From positions 186,001-250,000 of the forward strand of contig JBBDMM010000010.1 in the NCBI GenBank assembly GCA_040878325.1: a stretch of DNA of 64,000 bases. The letters are read 5' to 3'. Positions 38,132 through 46,683 of the stretch are shown here, piece after piece. The translations under genes were made by a program, and so were the position numbers. Source of the DNA: Acidimicrobiia bacterium (lineage in GTDB: Bacteria > Actinomycetota > Acidimicrobiia > Spongiisociales > UBA11373). The notes beneath the pieces are model-generated. The model made no database searches. It saw only the letters and a list, made by a program, of their open reading frames with translations, and was not told the DNA's origin. The first letter of the stretch is position 1, and the number at the start of each line of letters is the position of its first letter.

Positions 38132-40915
38132 ATGTCCACGGATCCTTCCACTCCCAGCGCGGCTCCCGCGCCCTCCGTCGCCGCGGTGGTCACTGCGGAC
38201 GACGCGGCATTGCTTCAGCGGTGCCTCGAAGCGATCGGTCGGCAAGTGTACGGACCGTCCAAGGTGTTCGTCGTGGGCGGAGACGAAGCCGTGCGGCGCG
38301 TCGCCGCCGACTCCGATGCCTCATGGCGCCCCAACATCGGCGGCATCTACGACACGATGGGCCCGGACATTTCCTACATCTGGGCGCTGCGGCAGCGGGC
38401 GCGGCCCGAGCCCGGAGCGCTCAAGGCGTTGATCGAGGATGGGGCCCGGGTCGACGCGTCCGTCGCCGGCTCCAAGGTGGTCGACTTCGAGAACCCCGAG
38501 CTGCTCATCTCGGTGGGCTACGCCACCGACGTGTTCGACGCCCCCTACAGCGGTCTGCAGGAAGGCGAACTCGACCAGGAGCAGTACGACGTCATCCGCG
38601 ACGTGGCCTCGGTCGCCGGGACTTCGGTGCTCATCCGCCGCGACATCTTCCGCGGCCTGGGCGGTCTCGACCCGAAGATGACGCAGACCTCGGCCGCCAT
38701 CGACTTCTGCCAGCGGGCCCGGCTCCGCGGTGGTCGAGTGGTGGTCATTCCGTCGTCGGTGGTGCGTTACGAAGGCCCCGACCCTGCTCCAAAGTGGCGG
38801 GAGCGGGCGGGGGAGACCCGGGCGATGATCAAGGCCTACAGCGGGCTGACCCTGCTGTGGGCGTTGCCGGTGGCGTTCCTGGTCGGGCTTCTCGAGAGCG
38901 TGCTCGCGTTGTTCGTGGGGCGGTTCCCATTGCCCGGTGTGATCGCCGCCGGGTTCTGGAACATCTGGAAACTGCCCTCCGCGATCGGAGCCCGGTGGCA
39001 GGCCCGCCGCGGGCGGGAGGTCGGCGACGAAGAGTTGTTCCGCTACCAGGTGAATGGGTCGGCGCGGCTCCGTCAGATCTACGAGGAAGTGGGAGAGCGG
39101 TTGCGGTCGCGATTCCCCGAAGGCGTGCTTTCAGGATTCAATGAAGCGGTCGAGGCCGGGCAGCAGCGGATTCGCAAGCCGGCCTTCTTCATCGGCTTCC
39201 TCGCCATCCTCTTCGGCCTCATGGCCACTCGGGGAATATGGGGCGACCATTTGCCGGTCGGGGGGTTCTCCCTCCCGCCACCGGATTCGGCCGTGGCGAC
39301 GCTCGGTGCCTACGCCGGAGGCTGGAACCCGGCCGGGCTGGGTTCGCCCGAGGTGTTGCACCCTTCGGTGGCAGCGACCGCCCTGGTGCAACTCCTGACC
39401 CTGGGCCGAGGAGGTGCCGCCGTTGCCGTGATCGTGCTGGGGTCGTTCCTGCTGGGGATCTTCGGGATGGCGCGGCTGCTGCGGACCTGGGGGATCGGCT
39501 CGGTTCCCGGATACTTCTCCGGGATCGTTCTCATGGGTGGTTTCGCGCTGGCGGGCGCGACCGCGTCCACCCATTGGACCGCGATCCCATCGGTCGCCGC
39601 CCTGCCGTGGGCGGTCTCGGGCGCGCTACGGCCGTGGACCGGGGGGCGGCTTGCCAAGGCGGGCCGGTTTGCCGGGGTGGTCCTCCCCGTCGGTGTGATC
39701 GCGGCATTCACCCCGTTGGCGCTGGTCGTGCCCGTGGTGGCCTTGGTGATCTGGGCCCTGGTGGGCTTAGGGAACCGCTGGGGTGCAGTCGGCCGCATTT
39801 CGATCGCCGCAGTGGCAGCCCTGCCGCTCTTGCTGCCGTGGGTCCCCTACGCCGACCTCCTTGGCCACCTCGGGGAGGGCGACAAGGCCTTCTGGGACCC
39901 GGCGTGGCCGATGGTTCTTCTTGTGGCCCTGGCGGTCTTCGGTGCGCTGGCCTCACGCGATCCGGTGCTGATGTCGCTTAGCGCCTGGGGCGCCGTGCTG
40001 GCTGCACTAGGTGCCATCGCCGCCCGCAGCGGCAGCTTCGGTTCGGGAGCCGCGGTCGAGGTAGTCGGGCAGATCGCGGCTGCTCTCGGTGTGGCGGTGG
40101 TCGTCGGATGCGCCCTCGACGCCAATTCGCGGCGCAAACAGGTGAGGGGCACCGAGTACATCGGCGTGGTCGCCGGTACGACTGCGACGGTCGTCCTGGT
40201 GATGCTCACGATGCTGGTGGCCGGGCCGGGGCGTGCGGGCCTTCCGGCAGACGAATTGACCGGCGATCTCGCTTTCGCCGTCCCGCAGAACGCCGCTCCG
40301 ACCCGGGTGTTGATGTTCGGCATCGCGTTGCCGGGCACGACCCGACAACTCGAAGGTCTTCCTTACCGGGTGATCGTTCCCCCGTACCCGACCACCTGGG
40401 AGTCCCGGCTCAATGAGCCCCGGCTTGGCGATGATGCACTCCACGCCGTGCTCGAGGACCTGCTCGACGGACGGGTTCGCCGAGCCGGGGGACTGCTGGC
40501 CGAGTTCGGCATCGGGTGGGTGGTGTTCTCCGAGCCCAGCCCGCTCGAGCAGGTCTTCGCCGCCCAGCTCGATCTGGTCCCGCTCACTTCCCTTCGCTTT
40601 CCGGTGTTCCGCAACGAGGTGCCGACCGCACTGGCCCTCACGCCTGATGGCACCGGATGGAACCTGGCCGGCACCGGGTATCGATCCGGCGATGGGGCGG
40701 CGACGCCCGCGATTGCGATTGCATCCAACGCCGACCACCGGTGGGGGCCCGGTTCTTGGGAGCAGGTCGAGTGGTGGAACCAGGTGGTCCCGAGCGAGCG
40801 CTCGGTCCAATTCCAGCCGTACGGTCCCCGGCGGATGATGGCGATCGCCGCCGGCGTCTGGCTGGCCGCGCTGGCGGCCTTGTGGGCATTGAGTCGGAGG
40901 AGGGTCAAGTCGTGA
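38132..40915 (+). CDS. Large membrane protein with degenerate N-terminal GT2 domain
   Basis: GSKV, GELDQEQYD, LIRRD.F..LGG.D, DFC.RARL.G; multi-TM C-terminal half; position matches the actinobacterial GT2 next to cofD. Confidence 0.8.
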   Translation: MSTDPSTPSAAPAPSVAAVVTADDAALLQRCLEAIGRQVYGPSKVFVVGGDEAVRRVAADSDASWRPNIGGIYDTMGPDISYIWALRQRARPEPGALKALIEDGARVDASVAGSKVVDFENPELLISVGYATDVFDAPYSGLQEGELDQEQYDVIRDVASVAGTSVLIRRDIFRGLGGLDPKMTQTSAAIDFCQRARLRGGRVVVIPSSVVRYEGPDPAPKWRERAGETRAMIKAYSGLTLLWALPVAFLVGLLESVLALFVGRFPLPGVIAAGFWNIWKLPSAIGARWQARRGREVGDEELFRYQVNGSARLRQIYEEVGERLRSRFPEGVLSGFNEAVEAGQQRIRKPAFFIGFLAILFGLMATRGIWGDHLPVGGFSLPPPDSAVATLGAYAGGWNPAGLGSPEVLHPSVAATALVQLLTLGRGGAAVAVIVLGSFLLGIFGMARLLRTWGIGSVPGYFSGIVLMGGFALAGATASTHWTAIPSVAALPWAVSGALRPWTGGRLAKAGRFAGVVLPVGVIAAFTPLALVVPVVALVIWALVGLGNRWGAVGRISIAAVAALPLLLPWVPYADLLGHLGEGDKAFWDPAWPMVLLVALAVFGALASRDPVLMSLSAWGAVLAALGAIAARSGSFGSGAAVEVVGQIAAALGVAVVVGCALDANSRRKQVRGTEYIGVVAGTTATVVLVMLTMLVAGPGRAGLPADELTGDLAFAVPQNAAPTRVLMFGIALPGTTRQLEGLPYRVIVPPYPTTWESRLNEPRLGDDALHAVLEDLLDGRVRRAGGLLAEFGIGWVVFSEPSPLEQVFAAQLDLVPLTSLRFPVFRNEVPTALALTPDGTGWNLAGTGYRSGDGAATPAIAIASNADHRWGPGSWEQVEWWNQVVPSERSVQFQPYGPRRMMAIAAGVWLAALAALWALSRRRVKS

Positions 40916-42243
40916 GGCGCACTCCGATTGCCGTGTTGATCGGAGCGCTGCTCGCCGGGGCGTATTTGCTGCCCGCCCCCGACCCGGCACCCGAGCCCCT
41001 TGCCGGGGTAATCATCGAACGGCCGGGCATCGAATCGCCCATCGACGCCGCCATCTGGTACTGCTCGTGGGCCCAGTCGGGGGCGGAGCGAGACTCGATG
41101 GTGTCGGTGGCCTCGATGATGCCTGCGCAGGCGGAGTTCACCTTCCCGGTGGCGATCCCCGGGGAAGATCCGGATACGGCTCAGCTGGAGATGCTCGGGC
41201 CGGGCGCGGCGGTCCTGACCCTTTCGGACATCGCCCAGCGGGGCGACTCTCCCTCATTCATCGAGTTCACCGGCGGCCCGTCGGCGGCCACCGCCACCGT
41301 GGTTGGCGACGTGCTCGCCGCGGACACATGTGCTGCCTCCGGTCCCGACGAGTGGTTCTTCGTTGGGGGATCCACTCGTACCGGAGAGACCCTTCGCTTG
41401 CGGCTCTTCAACCCGTTCCCCGAGATCGCCAGGGTCACGGTCTCTGGATTCTCGGAGATCGGCGTCGAAGCTCTGGGCGAGTTGCGGTCGCTCACCGTCA
41501 ACCCCCGGTCGTGGCGCGATATCGACTTTCAGGAATTGCTGCGCCAGCGGGAGACGCTCGTGATCTCGGTTCGCACCGAAAGCGGTTTGATCGTGCCATC
41601 GATGTCGTTCGCGAACGACGCCGACGAGGCCTGGTGGAGTGGAACCGGGCTCTCGACCGAGTGGGAGTTCCCGGTCGCCCGTCAGGCGGGTCTGGAGGAT
41701 GCCGCCATCGTGGTGGCCAACCCCGGACTCGCTCCCGCCGAGATCACGGTCGACATCTTCACGCGGGCCGGGCCGCAGCCAGCCGCACTGACGTTCACGG
41801 TCGAGGCCGAATCTCCCCTTCGAATCGGATTCGCTGACATCGAGGAGACGGTGATCGGAGCCCGGCTCACTGCAACCTCGCCGGTTGCCGCGGCCGTGGT
41901 GGCAACGGGGGAGGCGGGCACCGCCGTGACTTCCGGGATACCGGCGACATCGAGTACCTGGCTGCTGCCGGGGCTTCGCGCAGCCGAACCCGACGAAGGC
42001 TTCTTGTGGCTCCTTAACTCCGGCGACGAGGCGGTCACCGTCACCATCGGTGTGCTGACCGCCTCGGCGACGATCAACACGAAGGAGGTCCTCGACCCGG
42101 GAACCATCCGTCGCATTCAGGTCGACGACGTGACCGCGCTGGGCTACGTGGTCTTTGCCGCCGACCCCTTCAGCGCCGGTTGGAGCATCGTTGGGTCGAC
42201 CGGTGCGGCGTTTTCGACCGGCCTATCCGTTCAGGAGGAGTGA
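40912..42243 (+). CDS. Secreted/membrane-anchored protein, DUF5719-like
   Basis: N-terminal hydrophobic anchor; WYC, EWFFVGGST, LRLFNPF, VANPG; GTGA overlap. Confidence 0.7.
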   Translation: MRRTPIAVLIGALLAGAYLLPAPDPAPEPLAGVIIERPGIESPIDAAIWYCSWAQSGAERDSMVSVASMMPAQAEFTFPVAIPGEDPDTAQLEMLGPGAAVLTLSDIAQRGDSPSFIEFTGGPSAATATVVGDVLAADTCAASGPDEWFFVGGSTRTGETLRLRLFNPFPEIARVTVSGFSEIGVEALGELRSLTVNPRSWRDIDFQELLRQRETLVISVRTESGLIVPSMSFANDADEAWWSGTGLSTEWEFPVARQAGLEDAAIVVANPGLAPAEITVDIFTRAGPQPAALTFTVEAESPLRIGFADIEETVIGARLTATSPVAAAVVATGEAGTAVTSGIPATSSTWLLPGLRAAEPDEGFLWLLNSGDEAVTVTIGVLTASATINTKEVLDPGTIRRIQVDDVTALGYVVFAADPFSAGWSIVGSTGAAFSTGLSVQEE

Positions 42244-42244
42244 G

Positions 42245-42616
42245 TTGCCGGGCGGCCTGATCTTCGCCGCGTTGTCCGTTGCGATGGCCGTGGCGTTCGC
42301 ATTCGGCGCCATCCGCTGGACCCGGCGTCGAGCCGACACCGCGGTCCTCGACCTCAGCGGCGTCGCCGGCCGGGTTGTGTTCTTCTCCGACGAGGCGTGC
42401 CGTCGGTGCCCGGCGGCCCGGGACGCCCTGGCCGCCTCCGGGGTGGAGTTCGAGGAGATCCGCTACGGCGACGACCCCCAGCGCTTCCGCGCCACCGGAG
42501 CAACCGCGGTGCCGTTGGTGGTGGTTAGGGATTCGCAGGGCGCGGAGTCAGGAAGAATCGTCGGCGAGGTAAGAGCCGGCAAACTCGCCGTGCTCCTGAA
42601 GCAAGCCGGCCTCTAG
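42245..42616 (+). CDS. Membrane-anchored thioredoxin/glutaredoxin-like protein
   Basis: N-terminal TM; FFSDEACRRCP (CxxC); AVP cis-Pro motif; GGAGG before TTG. Confidence 0.75.
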   Translation: MPGGLIFAALSVAMAVAFAFGAIRWTRRRADTAVLDLSGVAGRVVFFSDEACRRCPAARDALAASGVEFEEIRYGDDPQRFRATGATAVPLVVVRDSQGAESGRIVGEVRAGKLAVLLKQAGL

Positions 42617-42671
42617 TCGGCTCGCCAATCGCCGGCCGGGCAAAGCCCGGGTCCTCGGAACCACACTTCCG

Positions 42672-42695
42672 TAATCACACCGATGTGATTAGAGT
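42672..42695 (+). promoter_or_regulatory. Palindromic operator candidate overlapping a -10 element
   Basis: TAATCACA-ccga-TGTGATTA (42672-42691); TAGAGT at 42690-42695, 8 nt before ATG 42704. Confidence 0.55.
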
Positions 42696-42703
42696 CCACC
42701 CCT

Positions 42704-42931
42704 ATGACCGAACACTGCGTTCGCTGCGCGACCCCGGCCGGCATCGTGATGCGGTTCCATTACATGGAGCGCACGATGTGGCTCGAGGATCTTCGAGAGC
42801 CCGTCGTCCCCGGCGCCGGGTACGCGATGTGCGAAGACCACGCCGGGCGGATGACGCCACCGGTGGGTTGGACCCTCGTCGACCGCCGGCAGCCGGTTCG
42901 CCCGCTATTCGCTTCGCTCGAAGTCGCCTGA
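42704..42931 (+). CDS. DUF3499-like small protein
   Basis: CxxC..PA...M.F.Y, Y.MCEDHA...TPP.GW; syntenic position upstream of manB. Confidence 0.8.
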   Translation: MTEHCVRCATPAGIVMRFHYMERTMWLEDLREPVVPGAGYAMCEDHAGRMTPPVGWTLVDRRQPVRPLFASLEVA

Positions 42932-42937
42932 CGAAGG

Positions 42938-43231
42938 ATGCCCATCGACCGGGACGTGCTCGACGCCGTCCTCGAGATGGATGAGCACGAGCTGAGGAGG
43001 ATCGTGATACTCGCCCGGGCTCGCTTGGAGTCGCGTGGGGTCCGTTTCGAAGACGGGACTCCTGAGGTGAAACTCCGCAAGCAATTGGTGCGCTGTGGCA
43101 AGGAGAACTGCACCCGGTGTCCTCACGGGCCGTACTGGTACGCCTACTGGCGTGAGGACGGCAGGCGACGCTCCCGGTATGTGGGCAAGCTCGGCGCAGC
43201 CGACCTTTCACCCCGTCCAACGAATAACTAG
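42938..43231 (+). CDS. DUF6788-like small basic Cys/His protein
   Basis: RCGKENCTRCPHGPYWYAYWREDGRRRSRYVGK. Confidence 0.75.
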   Translation: MPIDRDVLDAVLEMDEHELRRIVILARARLESRGVRFEDGTPEVKLRKQLVRCGKENCTRCPHGPYWYAYWREDGRRRSRYVGKLGAADLSPRPTNN

Positions 43232-43291
43232 TCAACCCCGTCTGGGGGCTTGCCGAAGGAAATCGAACGGTGGAAACGAGGAGGAAGCCAA

Positions 43292-43489
43292 ATGGCCAGG
43301 CGCTCTGAAGCGCTGACCGTCGAATGTGCCAATTGTGGTGCGCGCGACGCGATCCAGATCGAACTGAATCTCCCCGACGGCAGCGATGTCACCTTCAACT
43401 CGTGTCATCGGTGCGAGCACCGGTGGTGGGAGTCGGGCAGTGAAGTGCTCGACCTGACGAGTGTGCTGGAGAAGGCGCGGAAGCACTGA
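43292..43489 (+). CDS. Small C4 zinc-ribbon protein (65 aa)
   Basis: CANC-x22-CHRC; strong RBS GAGGAGG; followed by hairpin. Confidence 0.8.
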   Translation: MARRSEALTVECANCGARDAIQIELNLPDGSDVTFNSCHRCEHRWWESGSEVLDLTSVLEKARKH

Positions 43490-43508
43490 ACGGCTCCGCC
43501 GTTCAGTG
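43484..43508 (+). terminator. Perfect 11-bp hairpin at stop codon
   Basis: CACTGAACGGC-tcc-GCCGTTCAGTG. Confidence 0.55.
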
Positions 43509-43598
43509 ACGCCTCCAGCCACCAGCAAGACCTTCTGCAAGTGGCGATGAGCCGAGGGTGAAACCCAGAAACACCCCGCGGCGTTACTCTCCTCGATC

Positions 43599-45761
43599 GT
43601 GATCGCCGAAGTACCCCTGCAGTCGACCGCCGGTAGGTTCACCCGTCGTCCTTGGTGGAAGTGGGTGACCCCGGTCGTCCTCGTGCTTTCGGGGGCGGTG
43701 GCATTCGGGTTCATGCGGCCCGATCAGATCCTGATCGCGAACACCCCCACCGGCGGCGACATGGGGGCTCATGTCTTGCTTCCGGCGTTCCTGCGCGATG
43801 TCCTCTTGCCGTCAGGCCGGGTGCTCGGCTGGAGCATGGACTGGTACGCCGGATTCCCGGTGTTCTACTTCTATTTCCCACTCCCGGCGCTGACGATCGT
43901 GTTGTTGGATGTCGTGCTGCCGTACGGCGTGGCCTTCAAGTTGGTGACGGTGGCCGGCTTGGTGGCGCTGCCTTTCGCTTCGTACTACCTGGCTCGCTCG
44001 TTCGAGGCATCCAAGCCGATTTCCCTCGTTGCCGCAGCCGCCGGCGGGTCGTTCATCTTCATGGAGAGCTTCTCGATCTACGGCGGGAACACTCTTTCCA
44101 CCCTCGCAGGCGAGTACTCGTTCTCGTGGTCGTTCGCCCTCTCGCTGGTGTACCTCGGCATGCTGATCCGGAACATCAGGTCGGGCCGGGGGTTCTCGGT
44201 AGGCCCCGGCATAGTGCTGGCCCTCACCGCTCTTTCCCACATCATCACCACGATGCTCATCTTGATCGCCACGATCCCGTTGCTGTTCAAGCGGAAGGGC
44301 GTGGCCACGGTCGTCGGTTCCTGGGCGTTGGGCTTCGGCATTGCCGCGTTCTGGGCGGTCCCCCTCCTGGCGCGGGTGGGACTCACATCCGACATGGGTT
44401 GGTTTCCGGTAGAGGGGATCGACAAGGTGTTCCCCCGTGAGCTGTGGCCGATGGTCCTGCTGGCGGCGGCGGGGCTGGTGTGGGCGGTCGCCCGCCGCCT
44501 GCCCATCTCGTCGGCGGTGGCCATGCTGGTGACCCCGGTCGCCGGCTACTACCTGATCCAGTTCATCGATTACCGGAAGCTCTACAACGCCCGCTTGCTG
44601 CCGTACTGGTACTTCTTCGTCCACTTGCTTGCCGGGTTGGCGGTCGGTGCCGCCGCAGTGGCGCTCGCCCGACGACTCAAGGGCGGCGAAGCCACCCGGT
44701 GGTTGGCTGCTGGCACCGCCTCGGTGTTCTTCATCCTGGCTGGTGTCGCGGGTATCCAGAAGACGCCGCACTGGGCGGCGTGGAACTACGAGGGCTACGA
44801 GGGCAAGCAGGAGCTTGCGCTGACCAGCGAAGGGGAGTGGATCCTCCACACGGACCGATGGGGTGAGTACCAGTCGCTGATGCAGGAGCTCGATGCACTC
44901 CCCCCGGGCCGCGTCATGTGGGAGGCCAACAACGACATGAACCGGTACGGCACTCCAATGGCCTTGATGCTCACCGGCTACTGGTCCGAGGGCCACCCGT
45001 CGATGGAGGGGCTGCTGTTCGAATCGTCGCTGACGACGCCGTTTCACTTCCTCAACGCCGCCGAGGTTTCCCAGCGACCGTCGAATCCGGTCTCGGGGCT
45101 GCAATACCACGGAATGGACTTCGACAGGGGAGTGCGCCACCTGGGCGTCTACGGTGTCAAGTATTACGTGTCCTACACCGACACGGCCAAGAAAGCCGCA
45201 ACCGACTACGGGCTCGAGATTCTCGCCGAGGCACCGCCGTTCACGGTCTTTGCTCTCCCGCAGTCCGATCTGGTCGAGACCGCGAGCTTCATCCCCGCGG
45301 TCTGGGATGGCGAGGAGGGCTTCTTCGATGCCACGCTCGAGTGGTACGACAACATCGACGCTCTCGACCGGTGGCTCGTGGAGGAGGGCCCCGAGGATTG
45401 GCCGCGGATCGACGACGTCACCGTCACGGCCCGCCCCTCCATCGCCACCGCCGGCATTGTGACGAACGTGGTACTCGATCACCATCGAATCGAGTTCGAC
45501 ACCACCGCCATCGGGGTTCCCCACCTGGTCAAGGTCTCTTACTTCCCGAATTGGGAGGCCGAGGGGGCCGCGGGCCCCTACCGGGCGGCCCCCTCACTCA
45601 TGATCGTCGTGCCGACCGAGGGGCATGTCGTGCTCAACTTCACCGATACATGGGCAGAGAGCGCCGGCAAGTGGATGACGGCGGCGACTCTGATCGCACT
45701 CGCCATCTACGGGATCCGCCGCAGAAACCGCACCAAGGAGCAGGCGCCAAACGCGGCGTAG
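43599..45761 (+). CDS. Polytopic GT-C-like membrane protein ('PTPS-related' membrane family)
   Basis: GGDMGAH, W.M.WYAGFP.F.FYFP, many TMs, C-terminal VKVSYFPNW soluble domain. Confidence 0.75.
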   Translation: MIAEVPLQSTAGRFTRRPWWKWVTPVVLVLSGAVAFGFMRPDQILIANTPTGGDMGAHVLLPAFLRDVLLPSGRVLGWSMDWYAGFPVFYFYFPLPALTIVLLDVVLPYGVAFKLVTVAGLVALPFASYYLARSFEASKPISLVAAAAGGSFIFMESFSIYGGNTLSTLAGEYSFSWSFALSLVYLGMLIRNIRSGRGFSVGPGIVLALTALSHIITTMLILIATIPLLFKRKGVATVVGSWALGFGIAAFWAVPLLARVGLTSDMGWFPVEGIDKVFPRELWPMVLLAAAGLVWAVARRLPISSAVAMLVTPVAGYYLIQFIDYRKLYNARLLPYWYFFVHLLAGLAVGAAAVALARRLKGGEATRWLAAGTASVFFILAGVAGIQKTPHWAAWNYEGYEGKQELALTSEGEWILHTDRWGEYQSLMQELDALPPGRVMWEANNDMNRYGTPMALMLTGYWSEGHPSMEGLLFESSLTTPFHFLNAAEVSQRPSNPVSGLQYHGMDFDRGVRHLGVYGVKYYVSYTDTAKKAATDYGLEILAEAPPFTVFALPQSDLVETASFIPAVWDGEEGFFDATLEWYDNIDALDRWLVEEGPEDWPRIDDVTVTARPSIATAGIVTNVVLDHHRIEFDTTAIGVPHLVKVSYFPNWEAEGAAGPYRAAPSLMIVVPTEGHVVLNFTDTWAESAGKWMTAATLIALAIYGIRRRNRTKEQAPNAA

Positions 45762-45773
45762 TCCTGCTTCCTG

Positions 45774-46487
45774 CTACCTGCTTCCCTTCCTCTCCCGGGT
45801 CAGGGCACGGCGGATTCGCCAAAGACCCTTGAGAGTGCGGGGTACCCGGCTGAGGAAACTGGAACGGGTGTCCCGAAGCTCCTCGACGCGGGCAGGCACC
45901 TCCCGGATACGGGCGCCGGCCCGCTCTGCCCGGATCACGAGCTCGGTGTCGAACAGGTCGAGATTCGAGATGACCTTGGGTGTGAGGTCACGGGCGATTG
46001 AGCCCCGGACCATTTTCATACCGTGGGTGTCGCTTACCGACGATCGAAAGAGCAGCTTCAGCAGCAGGTTGAATCCGAGGGTTCCCATGCGACGCAGCAG
46101 GCTGCGCTTGTCCTCCGCTCCCTTGGCTCGCTTCGATGCGAGCACCACGTCGGCGTCGCCGGCGAGCGCGAGCGCCGCTCTGAGGAAGTCGGCCGAGAAG
46201 TAGTCGATGTCGAAGTTGACGACCCAGTCGGAGGAGGCCGACGCGAACCCGGCCCTCATCGCTGCCCCGTAGTTCGGCTCGGGGAGCCGCAGCACTTTCA
46301 GTCTTGGCTCATCCGCGGCGATCTGCTCGGCCAGCTCACCGGTGCCGTCGGTCGAGCCGTTCTCGGCGAGGACCACCGAGAAATCCGCCTCGACGCCGTC
46401 GAGCTCGTCGAAGAGCCGGGCAAGGGCCGACGGCATGAAGTCGGCCTCGTTGTGAACCGGGATGACAATGGTGACGCTCGGCCGCAT
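45774..46487 (-). CDS. GT2 glycosyltransferase, polyprenol-phosphate sugar synthase-like
   Basis: IPVHNE, ENGSTDGT, NYGAA, DID, ASKR, SDTHG.K, FDTEL. Confidence 0.88.
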   Translation of the reverse strand: MRPSVTIVIPVHNEADFMPSALARLFDELDGVEADFSVVLAENGSTDGTGELAEQIAADEPRLKVLRLPEPNYGAAMRAGFASASSDWVVNFDIDYFSADFLRAALALAGDADVVLASKRAKGAEDKRSLLRRMGTLGFNLLLKLLFRSSVSDTHGMKMVRGSIARDLTPKVISNLDLFDTELVIRAERAGARIREVPARVEELRDTRSSFLSRVPRTLKGLWRIRRALTRERKGSR

Positions 46488-46514
46488 GGCGTTTGAGTCT
46501 ACGGGGAGCACCTG

Positions 46515-46630
46515 TCGGCTCCGGCTCCAGCCACGGCTCCGGCCAATCCGGCTCCAGCCCCAGCCTCGCCCAGAGAATCATCGTGGCTCGGACTCCGGGT
46601 CTGGCTGGGGCTGTGGCTGGAGCCGGGGCG
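46515..46630. repeat. Intergenic inverted pair of hexamer arrays, same type as 23056-23226
   Basis: cggctccggctccagccacggctccggcc ... ggctggggctgtggctggagccggggc. Confidence 0.78.
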
Positions 46631-46631
46631 T

Positions 46632-46657
46632 GGGGGGGGGGGGGGGGNNNNNNNNNN
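46632..46657. other. Poly-G run and 10-N assembly gap
   Basis: 16 G then 10 N. Confidence 0.98.
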
Positions 46658-46683
46658 GCCCGGGCGCTGCCAGAATGCCCGAG

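Noticed and set aside
43812..45524. Long antisense ORFs (also 5963-7366, 18644-20122, 57192-58730, 62166-63299 and others)
   Set aside because: Shadows of well-supported genes on the opposite strand, expected at high GC; no recognisable motifs
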